From NCBI RefSeq assembly GCF_009914755.1, contig NC_060940.1: a DNA stretch of 64,000 bases; one strand, given 5' to 3'. Source of the stretch: the human T2T-CHM13v2.0 reference genome, Homo sapiens. The notes beneath the pieces were generated by a model. That model was not told the origin of the DNA and made no database searches. It saw only the letters and a program-made list of their open reading frames with translations. The translations under genes and the position numbers were made by a program. Below are positions 21,757-42,999 of the stretch, piece by piece; the first letter of the stretch is position 1, and each line of letters begins with the position of its first letter.

Positions 21757-22323
21757 TCAATACCCTAGGGCAGGGGTCAGAATACTTCTTATTAAGGGCC
21801 AGAGAGTAAATACTATAGGACCTGTGAGTTGTATGGATCACTATTCCAACTAGGCAACCCTGTTGCTGTAGTGTGTGGCTGTGTTCCAATAAACCTTTTG
21901 TATAAAACATGCAATGGGCTGGATTTACCCTGCAGGCCAAAGTTTGGTGCCTTATGGACTAGGGGACAGGGGGAAATGAAGCCAATTTGAGGATGAAGTT
22001 CATGGGTTCAATTTCATTTTATTTTGAATTTTTTTTATAATAAAATGAAAGAATGGAGATGAAATCTCCCTCTGTTGCTCAGGCTGGTTTTGAACTCCTG
22101 GGCTCAAGCGATTGCCCCGCCTATGAGTTCAAGTTTAGCAGGTCATGTCAGCAGAGACATTCAAGACGGAGATGGCAGCATCACTCTAGGGATGAAGAGA
22201 TGCCAGCACTGGAAGCATAAAACAGAGTCATCAATCATGAGGTGACAGTTATGGAGCTGAGATGACCCAGGGAAAAGATCTCAAAAGAGAGGACACGAAG
22301 GACATCTTTCTGTCCCAATATAA

Positions 22324-22707
<384 letters not shown>

Positions 22708-22741
22708 TACAATCTAACCTTTTTAAACTCCTACTTTTACT

Positions 22742-22752
22742 ATATCTATATC

Positions 22753-22800
<48 letters not shown>

Positions 22801-22818
22801 CCTATCTATCTATCTATA
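22742..22818. repeat. (TCTA)n tetranucleotide microsatellite
   Basis: Directly visible tandem TCTA units with one CCTA interruption. Confidence 0.95.
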
Positions 22819-23085
22819 GAGAGAGGTGGGGTCTCGCTATATTGACCAGGCTAGTCTCAAACTCCTGGCCTCAAGTGATCCTCCCATCTTGGCCTCCCAG
22901 CATGCTAGGATTACAGGCATGAGCCACAGTGCCTGGCCACTAAACTACTTTTAAGGAGGGCTCCCATTTTTAAAGTGGGGCTTTCATTCCCTTTTCCAAG
23001 ATAAAAAAATTTAAAGTTTCAAATTTGTAGATAAGAAGGAAACTTCCCACTGGCCAGAAAATGAGGCAGGTCTAAAATAAAGTGA

Positions 23086-23346
<261 letters not shown>

Positions 23347-23958
23347 TGATCCACCCAACTTGGCCTGTCTAGGTTTTTTTATTATGAAATATTTTATACA
23401 CAAAAACCATACAGCATATATATGGGGTGTAATGAATAATTACAAAATATATGTATCCATCCACATCTCAAGAAGTAATTCATTACCAACAACACTGACA
23501 ACTTTTCATACCATCGGCATTAATCTGCAAATCAGAAGTAAAGCAGGCAGCCTGCAGCCAGATAAAACCTGCAGATTATGTTTTATTTGGCTAATACAGT
23601 GAGTTTCTTTTTTCTTTTTGGTTGCCAATATTTAAATATCAAGAAACTTCACATGGAATTCAGCATTCTGGAGTATCATTAAAAATGGAAGATGAGGCTT
23701 CACTACTCCCACATTCACCATGACAATACGTGGCCATGTTCCCCTTTGAATGAACACGTACTCACCGGTTCACTACAGTCCCCCCATTCCCTACTGTCCT
23801 ATACCCGCCTCCCACTTATTTATTTTACTGGCCCTTGCACTTGAGTTTGTGACCCCTGCTTATACAATATAACTGTGGTTTCCAACCTTTTGGAATATGG
23901 AAAATATTCTTTAAAGTAAAAAAATTTCACAGACTCTCAATAGGTACTTATACTAAGA

Positions 23959-24280
23959 CAGGTCCACAATCCCTATCTACCATTTTGAAATCCAAAAAGC
24001 TCTACAAAATAAGTTTTTTTTGTAACTTATTTGGCAACAAAAGTTGACCTGAGTCGACATGAAGCTATGTATAATCTTTACGCATCCATGAAGTGTGAAA
24101 ATATTCATACATTTTGCTATAGTAACAATAATATGTTTGACTATCGGGTGTTGTCCCAGAGCCCAGAGCATTATATAACCACATCATACGTGCATTATTA
24201 CTTTTAGAAAAATCTGAAACAATCTGAATTCTGAAAGTTATCTGACCCCAAAACTTCCAGATAAGAGACTGTGACTCTAT
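23959..24280. mobile_element. TcMar-Tigger non-autonomous element (MER46C-like)
   Basis: Imperfect terminal inverted repeats 'caggtccacaatccctatct' / 'agataagagactgtgactc'. Confidence 0.55.
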
Positions 24281-24304
24281 TGTACTTTTAATATCTAACT
24301 TTAA

Positions 24305-24688
<384 letters not shown>

Positions 24689-25955
24689 TGAGAAAGGGAA
24701 ATAGAATGATATAGGCAAAACATCCTGTTGTCTGACAAAAACATGTAAACTACATAATAAGGCCATGAAAGCTTAGATCGAAAAGAAGCTGCAATGACAC
24801 AGGATTTCTTTCCACCCCTGCTCTATGCAGAGGTTGATGGAATCCACTCAGACTGAAGCAAAGCGCACATTACCTACCCCTTCTCAGAAATACTGTTCAG
24901 AGTTCCCCTAGAAAAGGCAGAGTGAAGATCAGTGGGAGGAAAAGGACACAGTGGAGTGGGTGAGGGATGCAGAATGTTACTGCTGGCAACGTAAGGATAA
25001 GGTTTGTGATCATCAAATATAGGTAGGGCTGACTCGAGGAAGTGAGATGAGATTCATTCAATGCAGCAGCAGGGGACTGTTCTGGGACCAGCAGGTAGAG
25101 ACGCATTTTGACTCTGAGAATTCAGCGAGGTAGTGGGTCCTCGACTCCTGGAGAAGGTCATTAGATCTCTGTAATGAGAATTTACAGCTGTTTCAGAATG
25201 AGAAACCTGGGTTTAGGTCCATAGCTCTGTCATTTACTAGCTCGATGACCCCTTTAATCGCTGGCATCCTCTGTTAAATCAGGAATAAATAACATCACGT
25301 CTGAGGCTTGTTGTGAGAAAGGAGTGAGATAAATGTATGCAAAGCACCTAGCCCTGCACCTTCATAAGCACAGATGTTTAATAAACATTCATCCTTCCCT
25401 GGTGAAGAGGCAGCCCAGTTCCTGTACTCAAAATGACATGAGAGCCACCATTTAGAAGCACTGATACAGCCGGGTGCGGTGGCTCACGCTTATAATCCTA
25501 GCACTTTTGGAGGCCAAGGCGGGCGGATCACAAGGTCAGGAGATCAAGACCATCCTGGCTAACACAGTTAAACCCCGTCTCTACTAAAAATACAAAAAAT
25601 TATCCGGGCGTGGTGGCGGGCGCCTATAGTCCCAGCTACTCGGGAGGCTGAGGCAGGAGAATGCAACCTGGCACGCAGAGCCTGCAGTGAGCCAAGATCT
25701 CACCACTGCACTCCAGCCTGGGCGACAGACTCCATCTCCAAAAAAAAACAAAAAAACAAAAAACCCTGATTCAAGTTTCGCCTCAACCACTTAGTAGCTA
25801 TCTAATTTGGCAAGTTACGTTTTCTTCTTTCTAAGAAAGAAGTGATCATTGTCAGTAGGTGAGAACCAAGCCAGGAGGTTTAGCACAGCACTTTGTAAAC
25901 CAAACCACCATAGAAATGTTGATGAGTATTACTATTATACCTTTTAAAGATTTCA

Positions 25956-26360
<405 letters not shown>

Positions 26361-26932
26361 TTACAGGGAAAAATAAAATAACAGGAACTGTTAATTTCTG
26401 AGTCCTTCCAGACAAGCAGTTGCCAACCGGTGACCCACATATTTTGTTTAGTTCCATGGAGTGTAAGGGTAGTTGCTTAATGCAGATTTCAGGCCCTTCT
26501 TGAAAATTACAAAGGTGGTCCACACCGGGCCTAGAGCCACTTTGGTAGGTCCTGGTCCTCCAGGTCCCGTGAGATCCTCATCTGGCCCAAGTCACTGATT
26601 TTACTAGGTTGGCCCTCTAGGAGTTTGTGTTTATATCCTTGGCTTTCTAAAAACAACCATCTGGAAAAGCAGTTGGACCTCCAGAGGAAACTTCGATCAC
26701 TGAAGAAATCAATACCGCCTGACACACTCCCCACCAGAGCCTAGGCACTATGCTCTCTTAGTTATGTTCCTCAAATTCCTTCTGTTTGACACTTTCTCCT
26801 CATACCTTCAAGCTCCTCATCCCAGTGTATTCTTTTCTCCCTATTTGGGTTATCACTTCTCCCAAAATACCAACTGTATCCACCGGATTATCTGCATCTA
26901 AGGGTTTTTAAGAAACAGTAACTTATCTTTTA

Positions 26933-27227
<295 letters not shown>

Positions 27228-28149
27228 AGTAACTTATCTTTTTTCAGCAGGACTACGAACGAAAGGCCCACCATGACCTTTATTGCTTGCCTGATTACCA
27301 TCCATTCTCCCTGCCTGCTGGTGACAGTGCCCAAGTTTACCTTAGGGAACCAGCACTCCTCCACCTCAGTCCATATGGCTTGAGTGGTGCTCACTCAAGT
27401 CCATTTCTGGGGAAAGGTATAGGACCCAGAATAATTCAGAGCCGATCCTGGTACTCTGTCACAGTGACTGGGAGAAGAGTTTTCTTTCTCTCTGGGACTC
27501 GGAAGACTGGGAACTCTCCCAGTGGACTGTCTCTCTTTGGACCTGCCCAAAGAGTGAAACCCCTGGATGTAGCCAAATCTGCAGCCACACTACTCTTGGA
27601 CTCTTGTGATTACTTAGGAGACAACTAATTCCTATCTTTGCTTGAAGAAGTTTTAGGTTTTCTTTATGGCCAAGAGACCTAATCAATACAAGTAGTATTT
27701 GAAAGCAGTGTTTAAAGACGGATGACAAAGTCTCTGCTCAGATTTTTCATCTCTGGGTAGCTTTTGTTACCTCCCTCCATCTAATGACAGCTAGGTTTTG
27801 TTCAGTGCATTAGCTATCCCTCCATAAGCACACATCTTCCGTATATAAATTATTTTTGTTTGCCTATGTTTCTTTTCAAGCATTCAAGCAGTACCAAAGG
27901 AACATGGAGAAGTAGCTGTCTCCAAATCCAAGAGGAAGAAGACTTTTTAAACTGGCACAAGGTGTCTCCCAGTTCTAAATTTCTAAATGTCAAGAACTTG
28001 CAGCAGCAGTCAAGTTCCTAGGAATACTGGTTTCTGAGACTGCACCACCTCCGAATTCCCTCGCAGGCGTTCTGAAATTCACTAAGCAAATCCGACTGGC
28101 TTTCATATATCCCTTTATTTCTTGCTACCATGCACTTAAAGGACTCCCA

Positions 28150-28870
28150 ACAGCGGGTCAACCCGGAAAGTCTGACAATGCTGCCCCCCACAGCACAGCG
28201 CTCGGCACAGCGTTAGGGACAGAAGTCATCGGAGTTTTAGCACAGGGCAGCGGTCCCAGGCTGGCTGTGTCCTCCGGAAGAGAGGAGAAGCATCGGGTGT
28301 AGTCCTCGCAGGGCAATGCTCGCCGGGGTAGGGACAATGGGCAGGGGGCACCCGAGGGGTTGCTACAGAGGAGGCAGCGGCCCGTCCCAGATGGTCGCCA
28401 AGGACCAGGGGGCGATTGAGCGGCAGCGGGCGTCCCGCTGGCCTCGGGCTGGGCTGTGGTTCGGTCCAGAGCCGACCGGCCCATAGTCAGGTCGGCCACC
28501 TGCTGATGAGGTTGAACTGCTTCTTCAAGGCAGCGGCGGCGGCAGCCCGCGGGGCGCCGCCTGGCAGGTAGGGCTACACCCAGACGGCTCCTACATGGTT
28601 CACAGCTGAGGTGACCGGTGGCTGCGACGGCTGCTGTAGCTACCCGGGCCATTGACCTCGCTCTCTCGCGTCACTTCCGGCGCGCCGTCCACCCGCCCTC
28701 TTGGCCGACCGTTCGGGGCCGAGGCCAGTCGAGCCGAGTCCAGCTGGACCGATCGGAGCCGAGCCCAGACGAGCCCGATCTGGCAAAGATCGCGAGGACC
28801 AGGGCGCAGAGCAAAGTGGCCTCTGCGTGACTTTGCCCCAGCCCTTGGTACCTCAGGTTCAGCGACGCCA
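28150..28870 (-). promoter_or_regulatory. Second CpG island / probable promoter with an ETS-CRE composite motif
   Basis: CpG-dense; TCTCGCGTCACTTCCGG at about 28664-28680 (minus strand CCGGAAGTGACGCGAGA) combines GABPA/ETS, half-CRE and TCTCGCG elements; GC box CCCGCCC at about 28692. Confidence 0.75.
28477..28528 (-). pseudogene. Decayed duplicate of ARHGAP17 (RICH1) coding exon 1
   Basis: Minus strand: gccgccgccgctgcc TTG AAG AAG CAG TTC AAC CTC ATC -AG CAG GTG GCC GAC CTG ACT ATG GGC CG|gtcggc, i.e. (L)KKQFNLI-QVADLTMGR versus recalled ARHGAP17 MKKQFNRMKQLANQTVGR. 52 nt versus the expected 53; ATG>TTG and a 1-nt deletion. Confidence 0.8.
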
Positions 28871-29952
28871 TCCACCTGCCCTCTGGCAGATGGTGGCTGA
28901 GAGGTCCTTGAAACAGGCAGAACATATTAGCTATAATAGTCAAATATTTACCACATTGAAATTTAGTGGGATTCTCGTGTATTTTAAGGGTCCCCTCCAC
29001 TCTTCCAAATTCCAAGTCACGTGGTTTTCGTCTCCATCAGATCACTCGTGGTGTGGATCTTCAGGGAAGTTATGGGGAAAGGGAGACCAGCAGCCTGCCC
29101 CGTGGGTGGCCATCCTCCTCCCCACGGGAGTGCCAGGCAATCTCCCCAGTGCTGGGGTCCTCTCCTGGTAAGTTCATTTTGTTTAGGGTCCAGCTGGGGC
29201 CATTGAACCCCTTGACCAAATATGCAAGCAACACTGCGAAGCAAAGCCCAGGGTTGTCAGTTTGGGGTTTTCCATCGAGAGAGAAGTTGAACAACAAATG
29301 CCATTCCCTGTCCATTTTATTTTTTTCATCATCAGTGACTAGGCCACTGACTGCCAGGGATGTGCATTTCTTAGGGGTCAGAAGAACAGAGAGCAGCAGC
29401 AGCGCAACAGTGCCACAGGAAACATCACTACCCTTGCTAGAACAATTACTGTTAGGACACAGGCAGGGAGCCATTCCTAAATCTTCCTGGGGTGATGGGT
29501 GATGGTCTCCTTCCTTGCCACAAACAACATAAAGGATTGTTCCCATGACTGTGCTGGGGGCACACTTTCCTAACAGTGTCTCTATGGCTGTCCCAAGCAG
29601 CTAGTGATGGTCACAAGGCTAGACGCAGTGACCAAAGAGTTCTAATCTGAACATCAGTGAGTAGAACTCAAGCACCCACTGGTTAGGATGTTGTGTTGCT
29701 GCTGCCCCCAGGTGGGAGCCTCAGAGACCACGTGATGGACACACAGGCCACACCTGATGGCACCTACCAAGTTCAAGTGTGGCAAAAAAGAGAGCTCTGC
29801 TAATAAACTGAGCAACTTCCATTCAACTCCTGGGATTCATTCTGATTGGAACAACCTGGTTAGCCCTTCCCCCAATCCCCACCACCCTCTGAAGCATGAC
29901 AAGGTGATTTTGGGTGCCAATTGGCCAGACCTTGGCAAGTTTCCACCCCTAG

Positions 29953-31021
<1,069 letters not shown>

Positions 31022-31871
31022 TAACTTTTGGCCCACAATATTAATGTCCAAGAGCTTTTACACTTCCACAACTCTTCTCCTGACTTTGTCAAAAGATGCA
31101 GTCTAGTTGGCAGTGAACTTTCTCTGGCTGGGATATGGCTCAAAGACTACCCCAGCATTGTCTCTTGCATTAAGGTATCATTTAGCCTGAGATGGCTAAG
31201 CTTGCAATCTCCAGACTCCACGCTGTCATAAACTTTCAGATCCTCAACCAGGAACTTACATGGAATGAGCTGGCCCTGGAGGTCAGCTGGAAGATGGCCA
31301 AATTCCTCTGAATCACCAGCTATTTTGAATCAAAGGCTCATCCAACAACAAAAGTGTATAAACCCATCTGCCTCCGCCTTCTTCCAGTCACCCCCAGTCT
31401 CACTGTCCAGACCTGTGGGATTAACACCGTATAGTACTTGCTGTTAACACTTACTATCCACTAACACCCGTGGAATGTGGACACTGCTAAGCTGGGAGAT
31501 GATGCTTGTGCAATAGTTTGTATTACCCTTTTGGCAAAGGACCACTCCAAGAAAATGGTGTATTTTATCCCATCAGCATTCCCCCTGGCAAAGCTCTCCA
31601 CCCTTAGTCATTCCCCTCTTGTCATTTCTACTGTGGCTATCAATGAGATCTTGTGCCTCCATTAGAATACTGAGCTAGCATTTGATATTTGACCTCACTC
31701 CAAGGTGTGTATTCTGGGTTTCTGTTGTTGATTTTCTTTTTAAAAAAATGAGTGCAATTCAAAGTTCTTAAAGTATATCTGTTTCCTGCTTCCAACAACT
31801 GACAGATAACAAAATGGAATATACAAAGACATTTTTAATTTATAATGTATATTAAACATTATTATACATAT

Positions 31872-32007
31872 ACAACTTACAAGGGTTGCTTCTGGCTGGA
31901 TTCTCTGCCAATCGCCCGAACACTGAGGATTCTGCTAGTTGTTCTGCCCTGAGTTAATTATAGCTATAAAATTTCATCACCAGCAAGAAACCAGGCGACT
32001 TCCCCAG
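31872..32007 (+). repeat. Direct duplicate of the LCMT1 promoter-proximal segment 32916-33054
   Basis: Shared text gttgcttctggctggattctctgcc...tgaggattctgctag...gccctgagttaattatagctataaaatttc. Confidence 0.92.
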
Positions 32008-32474
32008 TACATCTTGAATTTATACATATATTTTGTACTAGATTTAGTACAAAATAAATCCAAAACATCTTGAATATGCCTCATAATGAAACAGACACAC
32101 GTGAACCCACTCCCACGTGAGAAACTGAGGATGTGTCTATGTGCTCCTTCCCTGCCTCTCCCTCCCCCTCTTGTGTGCTACCCTCCCGGCTCCCTAAAGA
32201 TCACCAATATCCTGATTCTTTTTTATTTTTTTTTCTCATGTCTTGCCTTCTCTGTACAGTATTTTACCATATATGTACGTTTCTCTAAACAACATTAGTT
32301 TTACTTGGTTTGAACTTTACAAAAGTGTTGTTAGACTTCCTTCTTTCACTGAACATCGTGTTTCTGAGATTCAGCCATTGATGCTGCTACCTGGTAGCTC
32401 TAGTTCATTTATGATCGCTGCTACATGGCTTCCTATTGTATTACTTTTCCACACACTACTTCCCTCACTACATT

Positions 32475-32797
32475 TCTTTTCTTTCTTTCTTTTATTTATT
32501 TGTTTATTTATTTTTTTGAGACGGAGTCTCGCTCTGTCGCTCAGGACGGAATGCAGTGGCGCCACATGGGCTTACTGCAACCTCCGCCTCCCGGGTTCAA
32601 GCGATTCTCCTGCCTCAGCCTCCTGAGTAGCCAGGACTAAGGCGGCCGCCACCACGCCCGGCTAATTTTTGTACTTTTAGTAACAACGGTGTTTCACCAT
32701 GTTGGCCAGGCTGGTCTCGAACTCCTGACCTCAGGTGATCGGCCCGCCTCGGCTTCCCACAGTGGTGGGATTACAGGAGTGAGCCACTACGCCCGCC
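32475..32797 (-). mobile_element. CpG-rich Alu bordering the LCMT1 promoter
   Basis: Full minus-strand dimer with many CpGs retained; TSD ccctcactacattt. Confidence 0.9.
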
Positions 32798-32999
32798 CCC
32801 CTCACTACATTTCGAAGGCAATTTTGGGGGCAAAGCCCTCAGCACAGTCGCTGGCAGAGTCAGCACACAACAAAATTTTGTAAAATTGAATGACACTGAG
32901 CCCGGACTGAATGTAACAACTTACACATGTTGCTTCTGGCTGGATTCTCTGCCCTTTGCCCGAACGCTGAGGATTCTGCTAGCTGTTCCGCCCTGAGTT

Positions 33000-33680
<681 letters not shown>

Positions 33681-34392
33681 CTTCATTTATTTAACGAATC
33701 GTTTCTGAGCTTTTGCTGTGAGCCAGGCAGGGGGCCAGCCTGGGTATCGTCGATGGGAGCAGGCCCCTGAGCCAGACAGACGAGGCCTTGGGCTTCTTGG
33801 AGCTAAACGCTGCTGGAAAGACAGACATGAAGCAAATAGTAGCTCCAGCCTCGATGGGTTACGAGGATGAGAGGTGTAGGTTCTCTCTCTTTTGTAGGTT
33901 GCATTCTTTAGGGGGTTGGTGTGATCCCTGTTGTGCACCTGAAACTCAGGATGACGAGGGGAAATAACCCACCCAGAGCCAAGTAATATCTCTTTGCAGA
34001 GCCAGTACCGCACTAAGTCTCCACTGTTAAGGGTGTGGTGGTGGGGATGGGGGCGTAGCCAGCAGAGGTACGTGTCAGAGAAAGAGAAAGCTTGAGGCTT
34101 GAATGTCCACCATTTATTCTTTCATTCAACAAAATTTTTTGAGACCTTACTTTGTGCCAGGCCTTTACTTTGCAGTGGTTAGTAGGAATTCGATGGTGGA
34201 AATACACCAAGAACAAGACAGACATGGTGTCAGACATACTGGAACTCACAGCTTTGTTGGAAAAGAGAGACAGGAAGCAAATAATTACCTATGAAATATA
34301 TAATTATGATTTTTTTGTGTTGAGTGCTGACAAATACGGCAGTGCCATTAGAGTTTGTAATTTTGTCAGTGATGTTTAAGGTGAGAAGAGTT

Positions 34393-34842
<450 letters not shown>

Positions 34843-35624
34843 TTAAACCTTGCACTTTTTATAGGTTCTTGGGGACTAAACTTTCAGAGCATGGATTCTG
34901 GAGCTAGACTCTGTCAAACTGAGCGTTGCCACTTACTGGCAGTATAAAGTCGGGGAAATTACTAAACTTTTCTGTGGCTCAGTTTCCTGATCTGTAAAAT
35001 GGGGAGTATAATAACGCATCATAGGTGGGTGTGGACAAAAATGATATTTAATATTAGTAGAGCACTTGGAGCAGTGTCTGGCATGTAGTCCATGTAAGTG
35101 GTGATTGATTAAATTAATAAATACACAAGTATTAAAGTCTTAGAGAGAGTCCCTTATGAAATTTGTGAATTTGAGTGGATTATACTCAGCTTTTTCTTCT
35201 GTGGCTTTCAGTTGCTATTGGCCACAGCTGTCTTGGCTCCTGGTAACTTCCACCTGCCGGGTTCAAGTGATTCTCCTGCCTCAACCTTCCAAGTAGCTGG
35301 GATCACAGGCACACACCACCATGCCCAGCTAATTTTTGCATTTTTAGTGGAGACAGGGCTTCACCACGTTGGCCAGGCTAGTTTCGAACTCCTGAACTCA
35401 AGTGATCCGCTCGCCTTGGTCTCCCAAAGTGCTGGGATTACAGGCATGAGCCACCCCACCCAGCCTAGTCTTTTCATTTTTAAAACAGTGATAATAAAGG
35501 TAACCTTTATGGGTGTCAGGATTAAATGAGATTATCGATGCAGAGGATCTGACACAAAGTGAAGCCCTCAGTAAATTATTATTGCTAGTTTTGACTTCCC
35601 TCCAGGCTGAATATTGTTTAGTTA

Positions 35625-35765
35625 AAGTTGCTGAATGTGCAGTAGCTATGAGTTAGGGTGGTTCCTGCTGCCCTGAGTGAGTTATAGCTATAAAATAAAA
35701 AGCCAGTCAGCCTTCTGGGTACCTGTAAATCTTTTACTTCTGTTTAGTTTGCTTCTTCCTTTGGT
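35625..35765 (+). repeat. Third, more diverged copy of the promoter segment
   Basis: gccctgagtgagttatagctataaaat (35670-35696) plus colinear ctgtttagttt...ttcct, as at 33110-33119. Confidence 0.7.
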
Positions 35766-36029
35766 ATAGAGTCCTTCTGCGGATAAGTAGGATGTTATCT
35801 GTCTCAGAGGATTGCTGTGCAGGTGAAATGTGGAGTGCTTGCAGCAGTGCTTGGCATACTGGAGGTGTTCAGAATTGGTAGTTAACAGTCATCACCACCC
35901 CCCTCATTGTCATCAAATCATTATCATCATTGTGATCCTGGACTTGTGGTATCAGAAGTTTTCTGGCTGGATATATTAGGTTTACACTAACTCCATTTGA
36001 CTCAATAGGTATCAATTGAGCACTTTTCA

Positions 36030-38130
<2,101 letters not shown>

Positions 38131-41100
38131 TGGAGGAGGTGTTAAAGAGATAAACTGGTAATCCTAGCACTTGGAGAAGCCAAGCGGATCACTTGAGCTC
38201 AGGAGTTCAAGACCAGCCTGGGCAACATGGAGAAACCTCCTCTCCACAAAAAAAAAAAAAAAAAATACAAAAAATTAACCAGTGTCGCGGTGCATGCCAG
38301 TAGTCCCATCTACTTTGGGGCTGGTGTGGGAGATCACTTGAGCCCAGGAGGTCGAGGCTGCAGTGAGCTGAGATTGTGCCACTGCACTGCAGCCTGAGTG
38401 ACAAAATGAGATCCTGTCTCAGAAAACAAAAAAAAGAGATAAACCAGAAACTGGGGTTTGCCAGGCAGAAGACAGTAGCAGGAGCAGAGGCATGGAGACT
38501 GGAGTAGAGTGGTGTATTAGGTGAACTTGACAGAGAGTAGGGAGTGGGTAGCAGGTTAGAATTTAGAAAGCTGCTCAGGCAGTGAATCGTGGAAGGTCCC
38601 AAGGAGTATGGGTTTTATCCTAAGGGATTTTGAGTGCAGAACTGATATGATCTTGGTTTGTGTTTTAGAAAAATTCCTAGCAGCTGTGTGGGAGAAGGGT
38701 TGGTGACACAAGGGACATCTTCCTCTCTTTTCCACAACCATAGCCCTTGCTTGGCTCTCCTGACTCACCTGATCTGTTGCAGTGCACTCTTACCTGCTGG
38801 CCAGGGTGATTGTCAGGATCGCAAATCTTATTCTGTCACTCACCTAAAAACCTTTTGATTCCCCATCAGCTGCAAGGTAAACATCTGCACTTTGTTGTGT
38901 GACATATATACTGTACCTTTTCATGATCTGCTCACTCTAGCCTGATAGGCCGCCGGCTGGACATCTCCACTTGGATGTCCCAGTATTACCTCCAGTTCAC
39001 TATTTCCAAAACTGCTTCATATCAGCTCCTCGTGTTCTCCCTGCCATTCCCAACCTGAAACTCAGTGAATGGTGCCATGGTTTATTCAGTTCACAAGTTA
39101 AGGCCTGGTGCGGTGGCTCACACCTGTAATCCCAGCACTTTCGGAGCCGAGATGGGTGGATCACCTGAGGTCAGAAGTTTGAGACCAACCTGGCCAACAT
39201 GGTGAAACCCCATCTCTACTAAAAATACAAAAATTAGCTGGGCGTGGTGGTGTGCGCCTGTAATCTCAGCTATTGGGAGGCTGAGATGGGAGAATCGCTT
39301 GAACTGGGGAAGTAGAGGTTGCAGAGTACTGGGATCGTGCTACTGCATTCCGGCCTGGGCGACAGAGAGAGACTCCGTCTCAAAAAAAAAAAAAAAAATT
39401 TGACATCATCTTGGAACTGCCCCTTTATTTTCCCTCTTGTGCAGTCACCCAGACCTGTTAACTTTTATCTGCTAAGTATTTAGGGGATGAGGGAATTATT
39501 TGGCTAAGTAAGGAAAGGAATCAACTTTCCTTAACCTCTGTTTCTGCCGTCTGTGATCTGAACTATGGTACTAGTCTCCCAAATGGGCTCTCCCGATCTC
39601 TGTTACCTCCCCGAAATCTGTATCTCACACTGAAGCCAGAGGTTTGTAAAAGGCCCATTTGATCTTGTCACTCCCTAGCTTAATGGCCTCCTGTTGCCAT
39701 TAGAAAAAGACCAGCATTTCTTACGTGGGCTATAGGGCCCAGCCTGCTCTGTGTACTTCCCCAGCCTCACTTCATACCACACTTCCCTCCCCCGTCACCG
39801 CCATCCTTTCAGTTCATCTAATATGCCCCATTTCTTCCATCCTCGGGGCCCTGGAGCATGCCATTCCCTCTGCCTGGAACGCTTCCTCCACCCTCCCTTG
39901 CCTGCTTAGTTCCACATTATCTCCTAGGTGAGTGCATTCACTCCACATTCTTTGTTGAGCGCCTGCTTCAGTTATGGAGGTGCTGTCCTAGACCCTGCCA
40001 ATGCAGAAGTGAGCCAAACACAGGATGCAGCTCTTATGGAGCATTGGTTCCTGGAGTGGGGGTGGGTAGGGAATAGCCAGGAAACAAATCAGCACAATAT
40101 GTGTCGTGTGAGATGGTGGGAGATGCAGTGGGTGTGTTGGAAGGAGTTGTCATCTGAGATGGGGTGGCTAGGGAAGGCCTCACTGAGGTCAGTGCAGAGG
40201 AAAGGCTTGCAGGGGGCAGGAGTGAGCCCTCTGGGTGTCTGGGGAAGCAATGTCCAGCAGAGAGAAGCAGGAGAGTAGAAAGGTCCTGAGGCAGGAGCCG
40301 GCCTGACCTGTTCCAGGAGCACCAAGACTAGGGTGAGGGATGGGGATGAGTGCAGGATAGATCTCGGAGAGCATGGGTGCAGGAGGCGGGGGCAGATGCT
40401 GCAGGTCACTCGAGGGAGGCTCTTGTAAGGACCCGACTTTTCCTCTCAGTGGGGTGGGAGCTGTTGGAGCATTTGGAACTGAAGAGTGAGGTGGTCTCAC
40501 TTGGTTTTAATAGCATTGCTTCAGCCTCTGTTAGGAGCAGACTGCAGAGTTAAGGACGGAGGCAGGATCAGTTAGTCGGCTGTGGGGGTGTCCCCTGTGA
40601 GACAGGCTGGTGCTTGGATCAGGATAGTGGTGATGGAGGTGCTGAGAATGTATCAGATTCTGGGTGCATTTTGAAGGTGGAGTTGATAGAATGTTCTGGC
40701 AGAGTGGATGTGGGGCAAGACTGAGGGGCCCAAGATGACTCCAAGGTTTTTGGCTTAGCTCAAATGTGGCTCACTCCAAGAGGCCTCTCTGACACTCACA
40801 GACAAGATCTAGCTTCTGTTAAATATTCTCGTAACACCCTGTTCATCTTCTTGGTGGTCATCGGCCCAGTTGTAATTTAGAAAGTGCCTAGTGTTCATCT
40901 CTGCCACTGGAATAGACGCGATACTGAGCACAGACCATTCCTACCTTTGCGCCACATGAGCTGTATTTGTCAGCTTGGCCACAGTGACGGGAACTGAGCG
41001 CACATGTTCAAGATTGTATTTCCTGATGAGGTCTTAACGTTCTGGTTTTCTATTTTACTGACTTTTAGTGGTCTATGTGTTCTAGAAAGCAGACCGGGGC

Positions 41101-41408
41101 TTATAAGGCTGAAATTTCATTGTGAAAATTATAGAACTTAATCTCATTTTCAGCTGCATGGAAAAATGTTCTCCCCTTTAGCAGGTCACAAGGTCTCTCC
41201 ACAAAGCCAAGTTTTTCCTCACGGCTTAGCCCAGGGCCTTTCCGGCATCCTGATGACATCTTCTTAGCTATGCCCCAGAGAGTAAGGTCGAGATTGTGAT
41301 CTGAAATATTTTCAAGGCAGGTGCTGCTTTCCATCCCCAGAGAAGACATGCCACTTCAGAGCTAGAACATTCTGTTAAACATAAATTAGCTGTAAAACTT
41401 GTCTATCA

Positions 41409-42999
<1,591 letters not shown>

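Noticed and set aside
26460-26515. Weak similarity to the reverse complement of LCMT1 exon 2
   Set aside because: Short non-colinear matches; more like a hAT/MER5-type fragment. No copies of exons 1-3 were found by eye.
28915-28945. ttagctataatag and ggcagaaca resembling the triplicated promoter motif
   Set aside because: The palindrome is incomplete and the pieces are in the wrong order for homology.
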